A DNA stretch of 64,000 bases from Octopus vulgaris (lineage: Eukaryota). How positions within the stretch are numbered: the first letter of the stretch is position 1; the number at the start of each line of letters is the position of its first letter. Positions 26,013 through 41,413 of the stretch are shown piece after piece. The stretch spans positions 55,180,001 to 55,244,000 of the forward strand of contig OX597816.1 in assembly GCA_951406725.2 (NCBI GenBank). Direction: 5' to 3'. Under the pieces are notes generated by a model. The model ran no database searches. It was not told the origin of the DNA and worked only from the letters and a program-made list of their open reading frames with translations. A program made the position numbers and the translations under genes.

Positions 26013-26319
26013 TCTCATAAACTGAAGTAAAAAAACAGGGGTATGTGTTTGTGTTGCCAATTACACTAGTTTGGCACAGATGAATTTTTTTTCGGCAACG
26101 GTGTTCGCTGTAACTTTGGCAGTAATTCTCAAAATAGATGCGTAAATGTAAAGTGTCGGGTTACACTTTACTACACTTTACTGGTCCAAGAATCAGTTCT
26201 GAGAGATACCGTTTTCATCACCCCGTCTCACCTCTCTCATTCGACGTAACATTATTACTTGTGGCACAATACTACATGTACTTTGCAAATACAATTTCTA
26301 CTGAGCTTTTTTTTTTTTA

Positions 26320-26745
26320 AAGCGGTGAGCTGGCAGAAACGTTAGCACGCCGGGCGATAAGCTGATCGCTATTTCGTCTGCCATTACGTTCTGAGTTCAA
26401 ATTCCGCCGAGGTCGACTTTGCCTTTCATCCTTTCGGGGTCGATAAATTAAGTACCAGCTACGCACTGATCTCAATGTAATCGACTTAATCCTTTTGTCT
26501 GTCCTTGCTTGTCCCCTCTATGTTAAGCCCCTTGTGGGCAATAATGAAATAAGAAACATTAAAACGCTGGGCGAAATGCTTAGCGGTATATCGTCTGTCT
26601 TTACGTTCTGAGTTCAAATTCCGCCGAAGTCGATCTTGCCTTTCACCCTTTCGAGGTCGATGAATTAAGAACTAGTGGCGTACTGGGGTCGATCTAATCG
26701 AATGAACCCTCCTCCACATTTTTTGCCGAGGACAGAAAAGAATTT
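26320..26745 (+). mobile_element. Tandem SINE dimer
   Basis: Two consecutive copies of the GGCGAGCTGGCAGAA-family body. Confidence 0.75.
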
Positions 26746-26789
26746 CTACTCAGCTTTTGTAACATAAGACCTTTAGATTTCTTTTAAAT

Positions 26790-27030
26790 CAGTGTTTCTT
26801 AACCATGTTTTGCCTGTAGACGTCTTCGATTCCCATATTACTCTACAAGACTCCCTTATCAATTCGGTTAAGGAATCATGTTAAATTTTTATAATTAAAT
26901 TTTATAACAAATCGTATTAAAAATTGCTAAAATAATTTGTGGACGGTGAAACTAATTTATAGCACAAATTATAACAACAAAATCTAAGGTGGACCCTAAG
27001 GGCCATATGAAACCTGGCTCCGAATCACTG
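26790..27030. mobile_element. Possible degenerate hAT/Charlie-like MITE
   Basis: Termini cagtgtttcttaacc ... ggctccgaatcactg resemble CAGTGGTTCTCAACC-type TIRs. TSD is only partial. Confidence 0.45.
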
Positions 27031-28074
27031 TTTTGGACTCTATTTCGGTGTTAAAAACTTATGGAACGAACCAATGCGGGTGCCTCTATATGTTCGATAG
27101 ACCAGCTAGAAACAGAAACGTAATCTCCCAAATCTCACAATACTTCTTTAAAATGAAGGACATATTTCATAATTTAGTCGTGGTTCTCTGAAAAATAGAA
27201 AAGAAAAATTGGATAATCCCGGTTAGACTAGATTTGTGTGACTGACTCAGCACCAAGAACAAGAACAGTGTTAGGAAAAGCAATCACAACAGCAGCAACA
27301 ACAACAACAACAACAGCAGTAGTAATTGTGACAGCAGCAACAACAAAAGCATCACCATCATCACCATCATCATCATCAGCAGCAGCAGCAGCACCAACAA
27401 CAACAACAACAGCAAGAAGAAGAACAACGATAATACCTGTTGCAATCCTGTTTCCCATTTTGGTATTACACAGTTGTTAAAAGAAATTCCTTTAATCCAA
27501 TGTTTAGAAATCTTGGACAGATTCACAAATTATTTCATGGGAATTCCTTTCGCAGTAATTCCGGTGTGGTTTTAGTTAAATTCTCAAGAACTTCAACAAA
27601 CAAATAAATCTTGATATCTGTTTGTGATTGTGTATGAACATGGAAGTTGGTTCAGAGAAACGTGTAAATGGAACTAAACGCATCTTCGTTCTGTTACACA
27701 CACACACACACGAACCTATGCGCAGATTAAGAGCATCTAACTGCCAATGGCGAGCGACTATGACCAGTCACCAAGCACAATGATTTCCTAATTTCATTAG
27801 TGGACCGCAAGATGTGATCGCTGGTGATAGGGATGCAACAACACCCGTTCGGTCCATATTTAAAACCGAAAAGACAGCAACCAGGTGAAATGAAGCGTGT
27901 TGCTCAAAGAGGCAACGTGACCCCGCGTAAGCCTACCAATTGAACCCAAGACTTAAGATCATGAGCCGATCACTCTTAGCACTAAGAACAGCTCCTTCAT
28001 TAAATATGCATACATACATATATACATACATGTATACACACATATATACATATATACATATATATACTTATACG

Positions 28075-28390
28075 TGGAGGCGCAATGGCCCGGTGGTTAG
28101 GGCAGCGGACTCGCGGTCGTAGGATCGCGGTTTCAATTCCCAGACCGGGCGTTGTGAGTATTTATTGAGCGAAAACACCTAAAGCTCCACGACGCTCCGG
28201 CAGGGGGTGGTGGCGATCCCCGCTGTACTCTTTCGCCAAAAACATTCTCCCACTCTTTCTTCTGTTGGCCTGCTCGCTTAGCCAGCGGGGTGGCGTCATT
28301 TGAAGGCTAAAACAATGCGAAGAGCATTGTGACCAGCGATGTGTAGCAACATCTGATAGCCTGGTCGGTCACGGTGATCACGGTGATATA
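28075..28390 (+). mobile_element. tRNA-derived SINE
   Basis: Head ggcgcaatggcccggtggttagggcagcggactcgcggtcgtaggatcgcggtttcaattccc with A/B-box-like motifs; same family as 527-800. Confidence 0.8.
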
Positions 28391-28850
28391 TACATATATA
28401 CATACATTCATATATATATATATATATGTATGTATATATGTATATATGTATGTATGTATGCATGTATACATATATACATATACATATTACTTTTGTCGTA
28501 CATTTTAAATTATGCAGAAATAAGCATCCTTATAATGCACAGTTAGTTCATAAATATGTTTCATCAGCGCTCTACGTACATTTTTGGTAAACATTAAACT
28601 CAAACCCAGAATGTAAATAAATTAGTTTTTAAGAAGTATACAGAAAGCTACACAAGTCTGTGTGTTAATATTTATGGCTATGCGAAATGTATACATTCAG
28701 ACATGTGTATATATACATACCTATGCCCACGCGCACGCAGACGTATGTATGTGTGTGATATACATACATATGTACATACATACATACATACACGTACACA
28801 CACATATATTTATATACATGTATATTTATTTATTCATATTTGTGTATATA

Positions 28851-28912
<62 letters not shown>

Positions 28913-29384
28913 TATATATGCACACGTACATATATATATATATATACACATGCATATATACATTTATATCTACATGTATTTACATATACGTGTATAAGAA
29001 TACACACATTTATATTTATCTTTATATTTAAACATATAAATGTCGTCTTTGTAAATTTCCGGTAACTTCGTTTTCCGGTTTACACGTACATCTTAGAAAA
29101 CACACACACACACATGCACACAAGCGCATGCAGACGCATATGCACACGCACACACACACATACACATACACACACGCGTCAGTACTGAAAAAGTCGCCCA
29201 CGCTGCTGACGCCTGTGACCTTGTTGGGTTTTTTGTCCTAGGTCTATTTAAACGAACTCCCCTTTCACTGACTTTGGCCTCCACAGGGCCAACGCTCTGA
29301 TAATATCGAGTGGGGCAAACGGCCACACACGAGATAAGCTTCGAAAGGAACTCACCGGTACCATTAGTTCGTTTGGTCACAAAA

Positions 29385-29480
29385 GAAGCCAACCTGAAAC
29401 GTTGGAATTCCTTGACGTGACTTTGGACTTCGCTTCCGGTAACTATAGACCCTCTACATAGCTAAATTCAACCTCCCCCA
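29385..29480 (+). mobile_element. Penelope-like RT fragment
   Basis: LEFLDVTLDFASGNYRP resembles the PLE RT segment FLDVTLDL..G.YxPY. Confidence 0.55.
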
Positions 29481-29499
29481 ATTCAACTACTTCTAGGGC

Positions 29500-29830
29500 A
29501 GAAATACGACAGGACACAGCCTGAAATTGGAAAGATCACACTGCAGGCTCAACATTAGAAGCTGCTTTTTTCATACAGCGTGTGACCGCCACATGGAACA
29601 GTCTGCCAAACAGTGTGGTCGCAGCTCCATTAGTCAAAGCCTTCAAGAACAAGCTTGATGCACCCTGGAGGGAGCTTCCTGCAAAATTTGACCCTGTCTG
29701 TTACTATTAGCTACAACTGTCGATGTGTTGTACCACACATGACAAATTAATTGTATTAGTGGAAAAGGACCTGTGAACAAGCTCCTAGGAGCTTCAACAC
29801 GGAAACCATCAAGTATCTAGTAAATGAAAA
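29500..29830 (+). mobile_element. CR1-like LINE 3' fragment
   Basis: Frameshifted RLNIRSCFFS...WNSLPNSVVAAP...FKNKLD, a CR1-type ORF2 tail. Confidence 0.65.
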
Positions 29831-30658
29831 CACAGATGTTTATGCGGCGTTTGGGCACCGACGCCCCCTCCCCGAAAATGCTACACATTTAGTACCACTG
29901 CACACAACCCATTTCTACAAGAAGACCAACCCTAAAACACGCACACATTTCCCATAAACATTTTCCCAGAAAATTCATGTCGCCAGAGGAAGTGTTTAGG
30001 GCCACGGGACATAACTCTCAACCCCTGCCCAATTCGCTTCGTCGTCTTTTCTCCAGCAACCATAAACCGGATGTGACTTTTTACCTCCAGCAATAGAGAG
30101 CAGTCGCTATATTCCATAGCTGTCATATCTGAAGAGCGTAGGGTTACATAACCGGACTTCCACTTAACACTCCGTTGAACTCCTAATGCGAAACCAATTG
30201 GTAAGATCGACTGAGATGAATATATAATACTGTACACTTTGATTAATCTGCTTATTGGATTGGGCTCATGGCCTAGCGGTTAGGGTGCTGCACTCACGAT
30301 CGCTAGATCGCGGTTTCAGTTCGTAGACCGGGTGGTGCATTGTGTTCTTAAGGAAAACAATTCGTCTCACGTTGCTCTGCGATCACTTCGACGCCTAACA
30401 CGTGATAGACCGTGCATGTGTTGAGAGGGAGAGAGATAGAGAGAGAGAGCTAATGTGCAACACATGCATTTGATCACTATAAACAAAACATTTTTGTGCA
30501 GGTCTTTCGGCAAAAGCTGAATGCTCATACAGCATTATCGACGAGAGAGCTCATCACACACGCACATGCACACACACACACACACACACATACATGCATG
30601 CATACATACATACATACACACATGCATGCATACATACATACATGCATACATACATACA

Positions 30659-30693
<35 letters not shown>

Positions 30694-31299
30694 GTATGTA
30701 TGTTTCCACACATAGACATACACGCATACACATCTGTATGAGTGTGTGTATGTGTGTCTGTATGCATCAACGCATATTTAAAGACAAATACACTTACTCA
30801 CACACAGACACACACACACACACATACATACGTAGGTGTGTGTTAAAGTACGCACATCTGTTTGAGGTTAAAGGAAATTTCGTGCCAAGGATTTCCCCTC
30901 TCTCTCTTCCTCTTTTCTTCTATCTCTCTCGCCGTCTCTTCTACTAAAACTCCAACTATATTCCTTTCTTTCTTTCTTTTTTTCTTTCTTTCTTTTCATG
31001 TGTCCAGCCGACCCTCTCTTTATAAAATGTAGACAATTGATATACGTATGGCCAACTCCCGTAACCTCACACATCTTTGCTACTCGTTACTAGCAAAAAT
31101 AATAACAACAGTTATGAAGAATAGAGCTGCTAGAAATAGTTGCCAAATTCCCTCTCAAATCACACGGTACCATGTTTAAAATGGATTAATGCACAACAGA
31201 GAGTGTGCCTCAAAATACTGCAAAAACTAAACAGCATGGTCACAGCTGGTATGGCCTTGATCATGGGTTTGCTCATTTAGGGTTAACCCTTCGGGTAAA

Positions 31300-31300
<1 letters not shown>

Positions 31301-31365
<65 letters not shown>

Positions 31366-31473
31366 ACTACTACTAATACTACCACTTCCACCACCACCAC
31401 TACCACCACCACGACCACGACCACCACTACCACCACCACCTCCACGACCACGACCACGACCACGACCACTACC

Positions 31474-31514
<41 letters not shown>

Positions 31515-31578
31515 CACTTCCACCACCACTACCACCACCACCATCAGAACCACCACGACCACCACGACCGCCACTACC

Positions 31579-31648
<70 letters not shown>

Positions 31649-31702
31649 ATAATAATAATAATAATAGGGCAGCAACAGCAGGCGCAGCAGCAGCAGCAGC
31701 AT
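31301..31702. repeat. Compound trinucleotide array (CTA/CTG/CCA/CGA/TAA/CAG)
   Basis: Direct reading. Confidence 0.95.
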
Positions 31703-32418
31703 CAGGTAAAGAGAACCGCCTACTGGTAATCCACCCCTCACTCAGTGATCATTCGCGATTGCATGGCTGCTTGCTAGCTGACAGATTCTCCGATTACATC
31801 AATGCCAGATGATAAGAGACGATGCTAGCTACTGATGTACATAACTTACTGTTTTCTTAATTAACAGCACCTGACTCTAGTTGCTTGCTCTGTATTCTTC
31901 GCTTCTACTTGTTCTTCCATTTATTTCTTCAGCTTTTATTTTTCTTTTTACCGACGTGTGAAGACGTGATGTTGTGATGTTTATGTATTTCTCTAAAATA
32001 ACAATGTGGTTACGCAGTTCGCTCCGCAACACATAATTTCAGATGCCGTTTAAATGCGCGGCACTTTGGCCAAGTGTCGCCGGCTGTTGTTAGGCAAAAG
32101 CCTTGTGAGTGAATATGGCATTTATAGATAGAAGGTCTTACAGCTGTTTCTAGAATATTAATTAATAATAATATCCTTTCATCGGAGACGGTGTGAGAGG
32201 AAAACTTAAGTCATAGTTAGTTTCGATGTAATATAAAATAGAGAGTGAGGTGGAGGAAAGAAAATAGATGTAAGATATGTATGGTTATTGAGTTCATAAA
32301 TCAGTTTTATAGGCATAATGGTATATATGAATATTACCGAATCTGGAACTCAACTACGGTCTGTCTATAGCACATATTCAACATTACCTGACACTTTGGG
32401 GTCTCATTGACACCATTA

Positions 32419-32460
<42 letters not shown>

Positions 32461-33009
32461 CATGAATAATATTGAGAGTGACTCCGAAGTTTCACTCTGC
32501 TTATCTTTCATCATTCTAATCTTAAACTGTTTTGATTACGAGTTGATGTAAAATCACACATTAATGCACAAACACACACACACACACACGCGAGCGCGCG
32601 CGCACACACGCATTGGAAGCGCGTGGCCGATTGTTTAGGGTGATGTATACACGATCGTAAAATCGTGGTTTTGATTCCCGTATTGGGCGATTCGTTTTGA
32701 GCAAGGCACTTTACCTCACACTGTTCACCATTCACTTCGTAACAAGTGGCACACGATGCGTCTGCCGATTTGATGGAGGAACTGGATATAAACTGTTGAA
32801 AGTGATAAACAAAATATTTGTGCAAACTACAGCAAGAAATAAATATTCACTCATCTGTCGTCTACGGCAAGTGAGTCTACTCTATGTCTGTCTGTCTGTC
32901 TGTCTGTCTGTATGTATGAATGTATGCATTTATGTTTGAGTAGATTTGTATGTTTTGTTTTATGTATGTATTCTCATACATATAGTTACATAGCTAGACA
33001 TGCTCATAT

Positions 33010-33450
33010 ATATTTAAATGATAAACTTCTGGAAAGTTTTACAGATATTTTGCAGTTCCAGTGATAGAATTGATCTGTAGTCTTCGAATTAGCTTCCTTT
33101 TTTCTGGTTTTAAGAAGCCTAATTTCTCAAGATTGGTATTCAGGCCGTGTGTTACATATCCTCGGGTTCTAATGATTACAGGTATAATCCTGAACGTGTA
33201 ACATGGATAGAGTAACTGCAGATTTCTCAATAGTTCAGCTTAGGTATTCTCTTTTTCACTGATCTCAGCTTTATGTCAACATCCGCTGGGCAGCTAATTT
33301 CCACAACTGTGCACAATTTCTCTTCTCTATCCCAAATCATTATCTCAGGTCTGTTGTGCTTACATTTTATTGAGGTCTTCACTGGGACATTCCACCACTA
33401 TTTCTTTTTATTATGAGAGACTATGGCATCTATCATACTGTGCGTCCTAG
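33010..33450 (-). mobile_element. R4/Dong-like RLE-domain fragment
   Basis: WWNVPVKTSIKCKHNRPEIMIWDREEKLCTVVEISCP...LRNLQLLYP...IIPVII on the minus strand, with frameshifts. Confidence 0.75.
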
Positions 33451-33609
33451 TATGCATGTATATACGTATGGCTGTATGTACACATGTGTGCAATGTATGT
33501 ATGCCTGCGTGTCTTCTATGTATTCCTGGGTATGACTAAAGCACATAAAAGAATAAAAAAATATGCAGATTCACACATAAGCACAGACAAACAAATGTAA
33601 TACATGACG

Positions 33610-34070
33610 GATTTGGTTGTAAGAGTCTGCTCAGTGCTGACCATTTTTGGAGGATAGCAACTGACAAGTGTAGCACAAGTGTTATGATCAATTTCTAACG
33701 ATAGTGCCATGATGCGGTCATAAATACCTTTGGGGAGAGAAAAAAGGGATCTAGCTATGTCTGCGATGATGAGAAAACCAACACCAGAGTGGTGCGGTTT
33801 GACCTAATTTCTTTCAGAAAAATATGCATCCACCTTTACTTTCTTCTAACTGTGATTATCCTGCAAGACGCCTTTCACTGAGTGTAGCTATATCAATGTT
33901 GTATTTCTTTACTTCAAGGGTAACCAGTGCTGTTTTTCGTTCTTGGGCGGAGTGATTGTCTTGGATAGTTAATATTTTGAGATTTCTTCATGTTTCGACT
34001 GCGTTACTGAATAACTAGACAGCTGCAGCAGTCTGCCAGGTTTAAGGTGAATAAGCAATGTTTAGGGCTC
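33610..34070 (-). mobile_element. RTE-clade LINE, AP-endonuclease N-terminal fragment
   Basis: QERKTALVTLEVKKYNIDIATLSERRLAG, then a GVGF-like motif; stops present. Confidence 0.7.
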
Positions 34071-34614
34071 CATCCGTGTAACATCTCTTACATTCTTTCC
34101 CATGACTTTCAACTTCTACTTTACTGCCGTAAGACTTCACTTCCACACACGCCAGCTTAATTTAATTCTTCCTTAGTCGAAAGACATCCGTTGTTAATGT
34201 CCTGTTGTTTGTATTTATAATTGTGTACCATTTCTCCGTTTTTTTTCGTCCTTCTTTTCGTATACATTCACTTGCTTTCTTCCAAAGAATCTAATACTCT
34301 TAGCTTAGATTATTCCTGGGGTCGGCCAGATTAGAGCAGTCTCGAGTGTAACCGGCCGACACTGCAACGACGGTCTGGAACTCGACTGACGATAGAAAGC
34401 TCCGAATGACCCGTCAATTGATTTTTCCTGTCCTTTTTTGTATCGTCTAACTGTCCGGGTGTTTTGTTGTCGCCTGTTATGTTGTTGTTCCATTTTTTGC
34501 TTTGTTTATATATATATATATATATAGATACATAGGTATGACTTGTATTCAAAGTTTCATTATTCTTTGTTTCACTTCATTATTATGTAAACATACACAC
34601 AAACACACACACAT

Positions 34615-34813
<199 letters not shown>

Positions 34814-35727
34814 TAAATATTTATATAGTTGGTAGTAATGCGCTTATTTTGTTTTTTAATTTAACGGCATTTTGATAGATGAATGTAACCTGCGAACAAT
34901 ATACATATGATATTCATTTAAAGACAAAAATTCAGTGCTTTTCTTTCTTTTATATTCTTAATATAATTAATTCTTAATTACTTGAAAGTTCCCCCGCCTT
35001 TCTCAGAGAATTACTTAGTAGCGACATTAGGTTACTATATTTTCGTTCTCTAAGATGAAATTTTCTACTCATTCAAAAATTATATTTGCTTACGTCATTC
35101 AACGCATCGCTACTTGCCAAAATGATCTAAATCTATGGCATTGGCATATTGTATTACTCTCCTTGGCTCACTAACTTTATAATTAGGCAAAGTAAAACAT
35201 TCCAAATGAATTGGTATCCTATTTTCTATTTGTAAAAATGATTGTCTGCTGGTCTTGGCTGGCTTCAAAGGACTATTCCTAGCTGATGCTTTCTAAATAT
35301 GCTCAACTATGGCTAGGATGTTTTATTTTTTTTTCTTTATATGCCTCATCAGCGTTACCTAAGCTCTGCAAATGATGATCAGATATCACACACTATACCT
35401 GAATAAAGTTTGACGTGGGAATGTAAGAAAGTATGGGTGAAGGTGTGCTGTCTAGGGCTTGTGGTATTACATTCACGCTCACACGATCGCTGGATCATGG
35501 GTTCAATTCCCGGATCGGGTGGAGCGCTGTGTTCTTGAGTAAAACACTTCATTTCACCTTCCTCCAATCTACTCAACTCCAAGTGGGTCACCCTCTGACG
35601 TGTTAGCCTTCTGATAAGGGGGTGATGTGATCCTGCTCACCTGACCAGCGGGGTGGAGTCATTCGCATTATCACCAGCGTTGTATTGCAACATCCGATAC
35701 TCCCGTCCATAGCGTCATAGGAATTTA

Positions 35728-36260
35728 TGTATGTATGTATGTATGTATGTATGTATGTATGTATGTATGTATGTATGTATGTATGTATGTATGTATGGAT
35801 GGATGTATGCATTCATGTATGCATGTATGATGTATGTATGTATTTATGAATGTATGTATGCATTTATGTATGTATGAATGTATGTATGTATTCATGTATG
35901 TATATTTTCAAGTATGTATGTATGAACCTATGTATGTATGCATGTATGTATGAATGTATATATGTATGTATGTATGAACCTATGTATATATTCATGTATT
36001 TAAGTATTCATGTATGTACGAACATTTATGTATTCACGTATGTATGAATGTATGTCTGAATGTAAAAATGCATGCATACATGTATAAATTCATGTACGTA
36101 TGTATATATGTATGTATGCATGTATGTATGTGTATGTATGTATGTATGTATGTATGTATGTATGTATGTATGCATGTATGTATGTATGTATGTATGCATG
36201 CATGCATGCATGTATGCATGCATGTATGTATGTATGTATGTATGTATGCATGCATGTATG
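35728..36260. repeat. Degenerate (TATG)n array
   Basis: Direct reading. Confidence 0.9.
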
Positions 36261-37694
36261 TCCGTGCTATGTAGCAAGGATCTCGTAGATGATTTGTCAC
36301 AAGTGCATCATAATTTATGTTTTGGTCAAAACTATTCTGATTAATTAGCACTGCTTAATGTCGGTGTTAATGCAGTCATCTTTTTATGCCTCTTTAGCCA
36401 TCCTAGCTGAGATACTTGCCGAATAAAGTCACATTTTTCTATAATTATATTTGGTATATATGAGTATAATCTAAATACGAGCATATCTGACAGTCTTGTT
36501 AACTCTAATAAGCAGATTATATTTTGGTAACGTACGATAGAATGTTGCGAAAACTCGATCTGTTCTGTTTAGGAATGCAGAGAGGCTGTTAGTCTTTAAT
36601 AATGTTGTTTTATTGGGTACCCCCAGGTTATTTCAGTTCAGTATGGAGTATGTTGGTGTTCTTAATTATATTTTAACACAGCCAAATTCCGAGAAAGCAA
36701 TCAAAGAGCGGTTTGAGAAAAAAAACAAAAAATGTCGGTACATCTTTGCTTAAATACACAACCGTATGTAAGAGATACTCCCATTATTGGTTGTTGTTGC
36801 TGGTTTGATGGTGTTGCTGTTGGTGGTATAATAGGGATGGGAGTGTAACGGTGTAGTGGGTGTGGCGGTGGTGGTGAGGTTTATTCCAGCAGGTCTATAA
36901 TGAAAAGTTTCCCACGGTTAGGCATTGCTTGAATGAGAGTTGGATGTTATTTGTAGCAACCTCACCTTATTCAAACACTTTATTTATTATCTCTCTGTTG
37001 GATTGAGCAATATTTCTTTCTTCGGGAGAAAGTCAATATTATGAGTGATAGGGTGGGGTGGGGGAAGAGACAAATTTCAAACAATAGAGGGTCAATCATA
37101 TACACCCACCGGTGTATCATGTGTGGTGGCTTACATGACTAAGTCTACCTTGTTCTATGAACATATACTGTAATATGCTGCGTGGTTACCTAAAGTAGGC
37201 AGCGGGAACGATGTCAAATTGATGAGTCTTTCGTAACGTCAGTGTTTGGTAGCATTTACGATAAAAGATTAACGTTTTGTTACCTGTTTTCCTCTTTAAT
37301 AAAAATCTATTTTTGCGTTTTGAGTTCAAATCCCTCTAGGTCAACACTGTGATTCATTCTTGCATAATCGATAAAATGAAGTAAATTGGGATCGAGTTAT
37401 TTGATTGACTTCCTATCCCTGAATACCTTCCACATATTTGAGAAATCATTTTAAATTCATTTTACAGAATCAATTAATATAGACGTAGGATTGATTTCTG
37501 TAATATTCGAACTAGTTTGTCAGGCACCACCACCACCACCACCACCTGTTATTGGAATTAGCCAATAATTTTTTGCTTGTTTATTTTTGTCTCTTTGTCT
37601 TCTCTCCTGGTGCTGTATGAACATTTAATGTGGTTTTAGAGTCAAGTTTTGGCTGCTATATCTTGCATGGTGGTATCTTTTAGATACCCTTATT

Positions 37695-37773
<79 letters not shown>

Positions 37774-38763
37774 GTATGCATTATTTACAGTGTATATAAA
37801 ATATATATATACTGGCTATTTTTATTATTGTTGAGCAATAGACAGATATTAAGAAAGGAAGTAATCTTAACAAGAGTCAATATGAATCGAAATATTCTAT
37901 AAGTCAATATTCTCTAATTCTTTTGTTCCCATACACCAAGAAACAAACTTTTTCCTTCGGTGTCTTGTGAAAATTCTGTCTTCAGGTAATTTTCCTTGTA
38001 CCTGTTTCCGATGTCAGAAACGGCTTGAAAAAGAAAGAAATGTTTCGGGGTAAACAGTAAGTTATGATATCTTCTAGGTTGTGACATACGAGCAGGCAAA
38101 GAATCAACAGATGGTTCATTTTCCGTTGTATTAATTCTTTCTGTATCTCATTTCATAGGATGAATTCTTCTCCACTTACTGTCTCACTGATTCTAATCTT
38201 CGTCTCCCCAGATGCCTGTTACTAATTTTCAGCTTTCACTACGAAATTGCCTTTTAGAAGTATCAGAATTATGCAGATTCTATCAATGGAATCACTAATC
38301 GTCGATTTGATCGTTCCGAAGTTCACGGTGCTTGCTTCAGCAAATGACAAAGAATGAAATACTTTCAACGTTTGAAGTGTTTTTAAAAAGATTTCGTTCA
38401 CCTTGCAATTGGTGTGTTTTTTTTTATGAATCCGTTAAAATTCTGTTATTTCTAATTAATATTATGCAATTAAATGCTAACAATTGCGCATTTTTTATTC
38501 TACAAAATCACTAATTACAATTATCAGAAATCTTCTCATAATGTGTCAACGCCTGAATCTATGTTTGTGAGCATATCTATTTATGTTTGTGTGCGCATTA
38601 TGTATTGGTGTTAGTGAAACGGCATTTGTTTTAGGATTTCTGGAGCACAGCACGAATGCGTGGTCTGAGTTATTTTCTACAAGTGATAAGTTGAGTAAAG
38701 GCATTGATTTTAATTGGAAATTGAACCTGACTCGAAAGTGAGAAGAAAATGGTATCAGACAAA

Positions 38764-38996
38764 GGCGGCGAGCTGGCAGAAACATTAGCACGCCGGGCGA
38801 AATGCTTAGCCGTATTTCGTCTGCCGTTACGTTCTGAGTTTAAATTCCGCCGAGGTTGACTTTGCCTTTCATCCTTTCGGGGTCGATAAATTAAGTACCA
38901 GTTAGGCAGTGGGGTCGATATAATCGACTTAATCCGTTTGTCTGTCATTGTTTGTTCCCTCTGTGTTTAGACCCTTGTGGGTAGTAAAGAAATAGA
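38764..38996 (+). mobile_element. Full-length SINE with 11-bp TSD
   Basis: tatcagacaaa duplicated at 38753-38763 and 38997-39007. Confidence 0.9.
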
Positions 38997-39570
38997 TATC
39001 AGACAAAATTACATGTTGAAGAACTCAGCTTCAATCTCACAGAGCGGTATCTTGGTTATATTGTACATCTTACCAAGGAAAGCGAAAAAGATTTGGGAGT
39101 GAAATGTTTTGGCGACAGAAACTGCGCGGGATCTTGCCAGAACAATCGTTCATATTATTGGCTGGTAAACGTAATCATTCGTTCGGCTGAACACTACCAT
39201 CTTGCTTTATGAAGCAAATTTCAGTTACAGGTGCCAGGCCTTTGGTCTGAAGATAACGTGTTCATTTTCTCTCATAAGTCATTGGGTCCCTAAAAATGGT
39301 CACAAGAACTGTTGTTCTCCATCAGGATTATGTCAGAGTTTACTGAGAGAAATGAACGATATATCAGAAGTGATCTTCTCCTAAATATACGCTGACTTAT
39401 TTGAACAATTTTATAAACATCTGTGAGACATGTTTCGGGGCTGTTGATTCCGAGTTCAAATCTTGCCTAGTTACCAACAAACTTCTGCAAGGAGTTGCGA
39501 CGAACAGACAATATCATCAATTTGAAAATTCAATGGAAACAGTTCCCTTGGTTTGAGAGGCAGGTCAAAC

Positions 39571-39602
<32 letters not shown>

Positions 39603-40577
39603 CAACAACACGATGACGACGACCGCCACCACCACTACCAACAACAACAACACTATCACTAGCACTACCACAGATCCAGCCCTGCAACCATCATAGTGTA
39701 GAACAAGAAAGTCAGTGAAAACACTTAGCCATTGTAGTATTTAGTTTCGCTCTTTATATTTTGCGTTAAAATCTTCAACCATGGCCAATTCTGCTTTCAT
39801 CGTTCTAGTTACTGTAGGCAACATAATCCATAAAAAATCTCTCATTAATGCCTAGATATTATCGATTAGTGCTTCCTAACAGTAGGAATCTTCTTTGTCG
39901 TTTGTCGTCTTCTTCGTAATGTTTTGTATGTGCAAGAATCTCCCTGAGAACTACATTAAGGGTGCGCACGTCTGCGGAGTACTCAGCCACATGTATGTTA
40001 ATCTCGCCAGCAGAGTGTTTCGTTGATCGGATCAACTGGAACAATCATAGTCGTAAATGAAGGAATGCCCTTTCCGTTGACTCCAACTCAACCTTGATCG
40101 AGTAGACAAGATCAAAGACAACCCAGTCGTGACAATCACATCTTTTTCCCATCTTCAGGGATTCCAAGATCAAATTAGCACACGTGGCCCTTTGAAGGTG
40201 AAAGAGAATAATGTGATGGGCATTCAACTGCCATTACTAGCAGGTGAAATAAGCAGCTCGAAGCCACCCACGTTTTCTCACTTAAGTAATAGATTAAATA
40301 ACGGAATGTAGTTCTCGTCCTACGCACAATCTCACTTGTTTCATCTTTCGTACTAATGGAATCGTATCTGTTTACGTCTATACAATATTTTAACATGAAC
40401 TTGGCACATTGTATAATCCTGGGTTTCTTTACGATGCTAATACACAATAGCCATAGTTACGACATAGTAACGGTTACAAACAAGACGAACAGTAATGATC
40501 GCCGTTGATCACAACGTCAGCCAGAAAGACCGGGGAAAAGCGAAATGATTAATGTAAGAGAACAACTTACAGCTGGC

Positions 40578-40638
<61 letters not shown>

Positions 40639-40799
40639 ACAAGCATGTATATGCAATTCATATGTATGATGTACATGTATAAATATGTATATATATATGC
40701 ATACATATATAGTTTTCCCTTACTAAACCTCATGATATTGCTTCAAATAAATCTTGATATACATACATACATAAATATATATATATATATATATATATA

Positions 40800-41302
40800 C
40801 CAAGCATGTTTGCACTCCTCACACAAAGATGTATGAGATGGCTTGAGCATGTTAGCCGTATGAAAGATGGCAGAATCCCCAAGGACATACTCTGCGGAGA
40901 GCTTGCTAGGGCTACTAGGACTGTGGGTAGACCGTTCTTACGTTACAAGGATGTTTGCAAAAGGGACATGAAGGCCTGCAACATCAATATTAGTAGTTGG
41001 GAAGCAATTGCCAGCAACCGTGGAGATTGGCGACGTACCTTAAAAGAGGGAATACAAAGGAGTGACAGAGAGAGAGGAGAAATGGAAAGACAAGAAAAAA
41101 CGTCAACAAGACACTATGACACTACAACCAGCCAGGAACAGTCTTCGCTACACTTGCGGTACCTGCCAGAGGGAAAGTTTGTCCAGGATAGGACTACACA
41201 GCCACAGCAGGAAATGTATCAGGACATGAAATATAAAAGCCGGATGGACTATTTTATGCGCAACTCCATTGTCTCCCGAGACAAAAAGGATGCCAACAAC
41301 AA
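40800..41302 (+). mobile_element. RTE (BovB-like) LINE 3' fragment
   Basis: MRWLEHVSRMKDGRIPKDILCGELARATRTVGRPFLRYKDVCKRDMK; short (CAA)n tail. Confidence 0.85.
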
Positions 41303-41312
41303 TATGCATACA

Positions 41313-41365
<53 letters not shown>

Positions 41366-41367
41366 CA

Positions 41368-41413
<46 letters not shown>

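Noticed and set aside
28075-28150. tRNA gene (also the other SINE heads)
   Set aside because: The tRNA-like head continues into a repeated SINE body; no clean acceptor stem or poly-T terminator.
31205-31729. 174-aa poly-Leu/Pro/Gln ORF resembling a membrane or extensin-like protein
   Set aside because: Entirely a compound trinucleotide array; starts at GTG, with no splice context.
34380-34420. CTGACGA-ta-GAAA hammerhead-like string
   Set aside because: No stem II and no convincing stem I pairing.
38750-38760. Second PBS-like TGGTATCAGAC
   Set aside because: It overlaps the TSD of a SINE and has no LTR context; shows such motifs can arise by chance.
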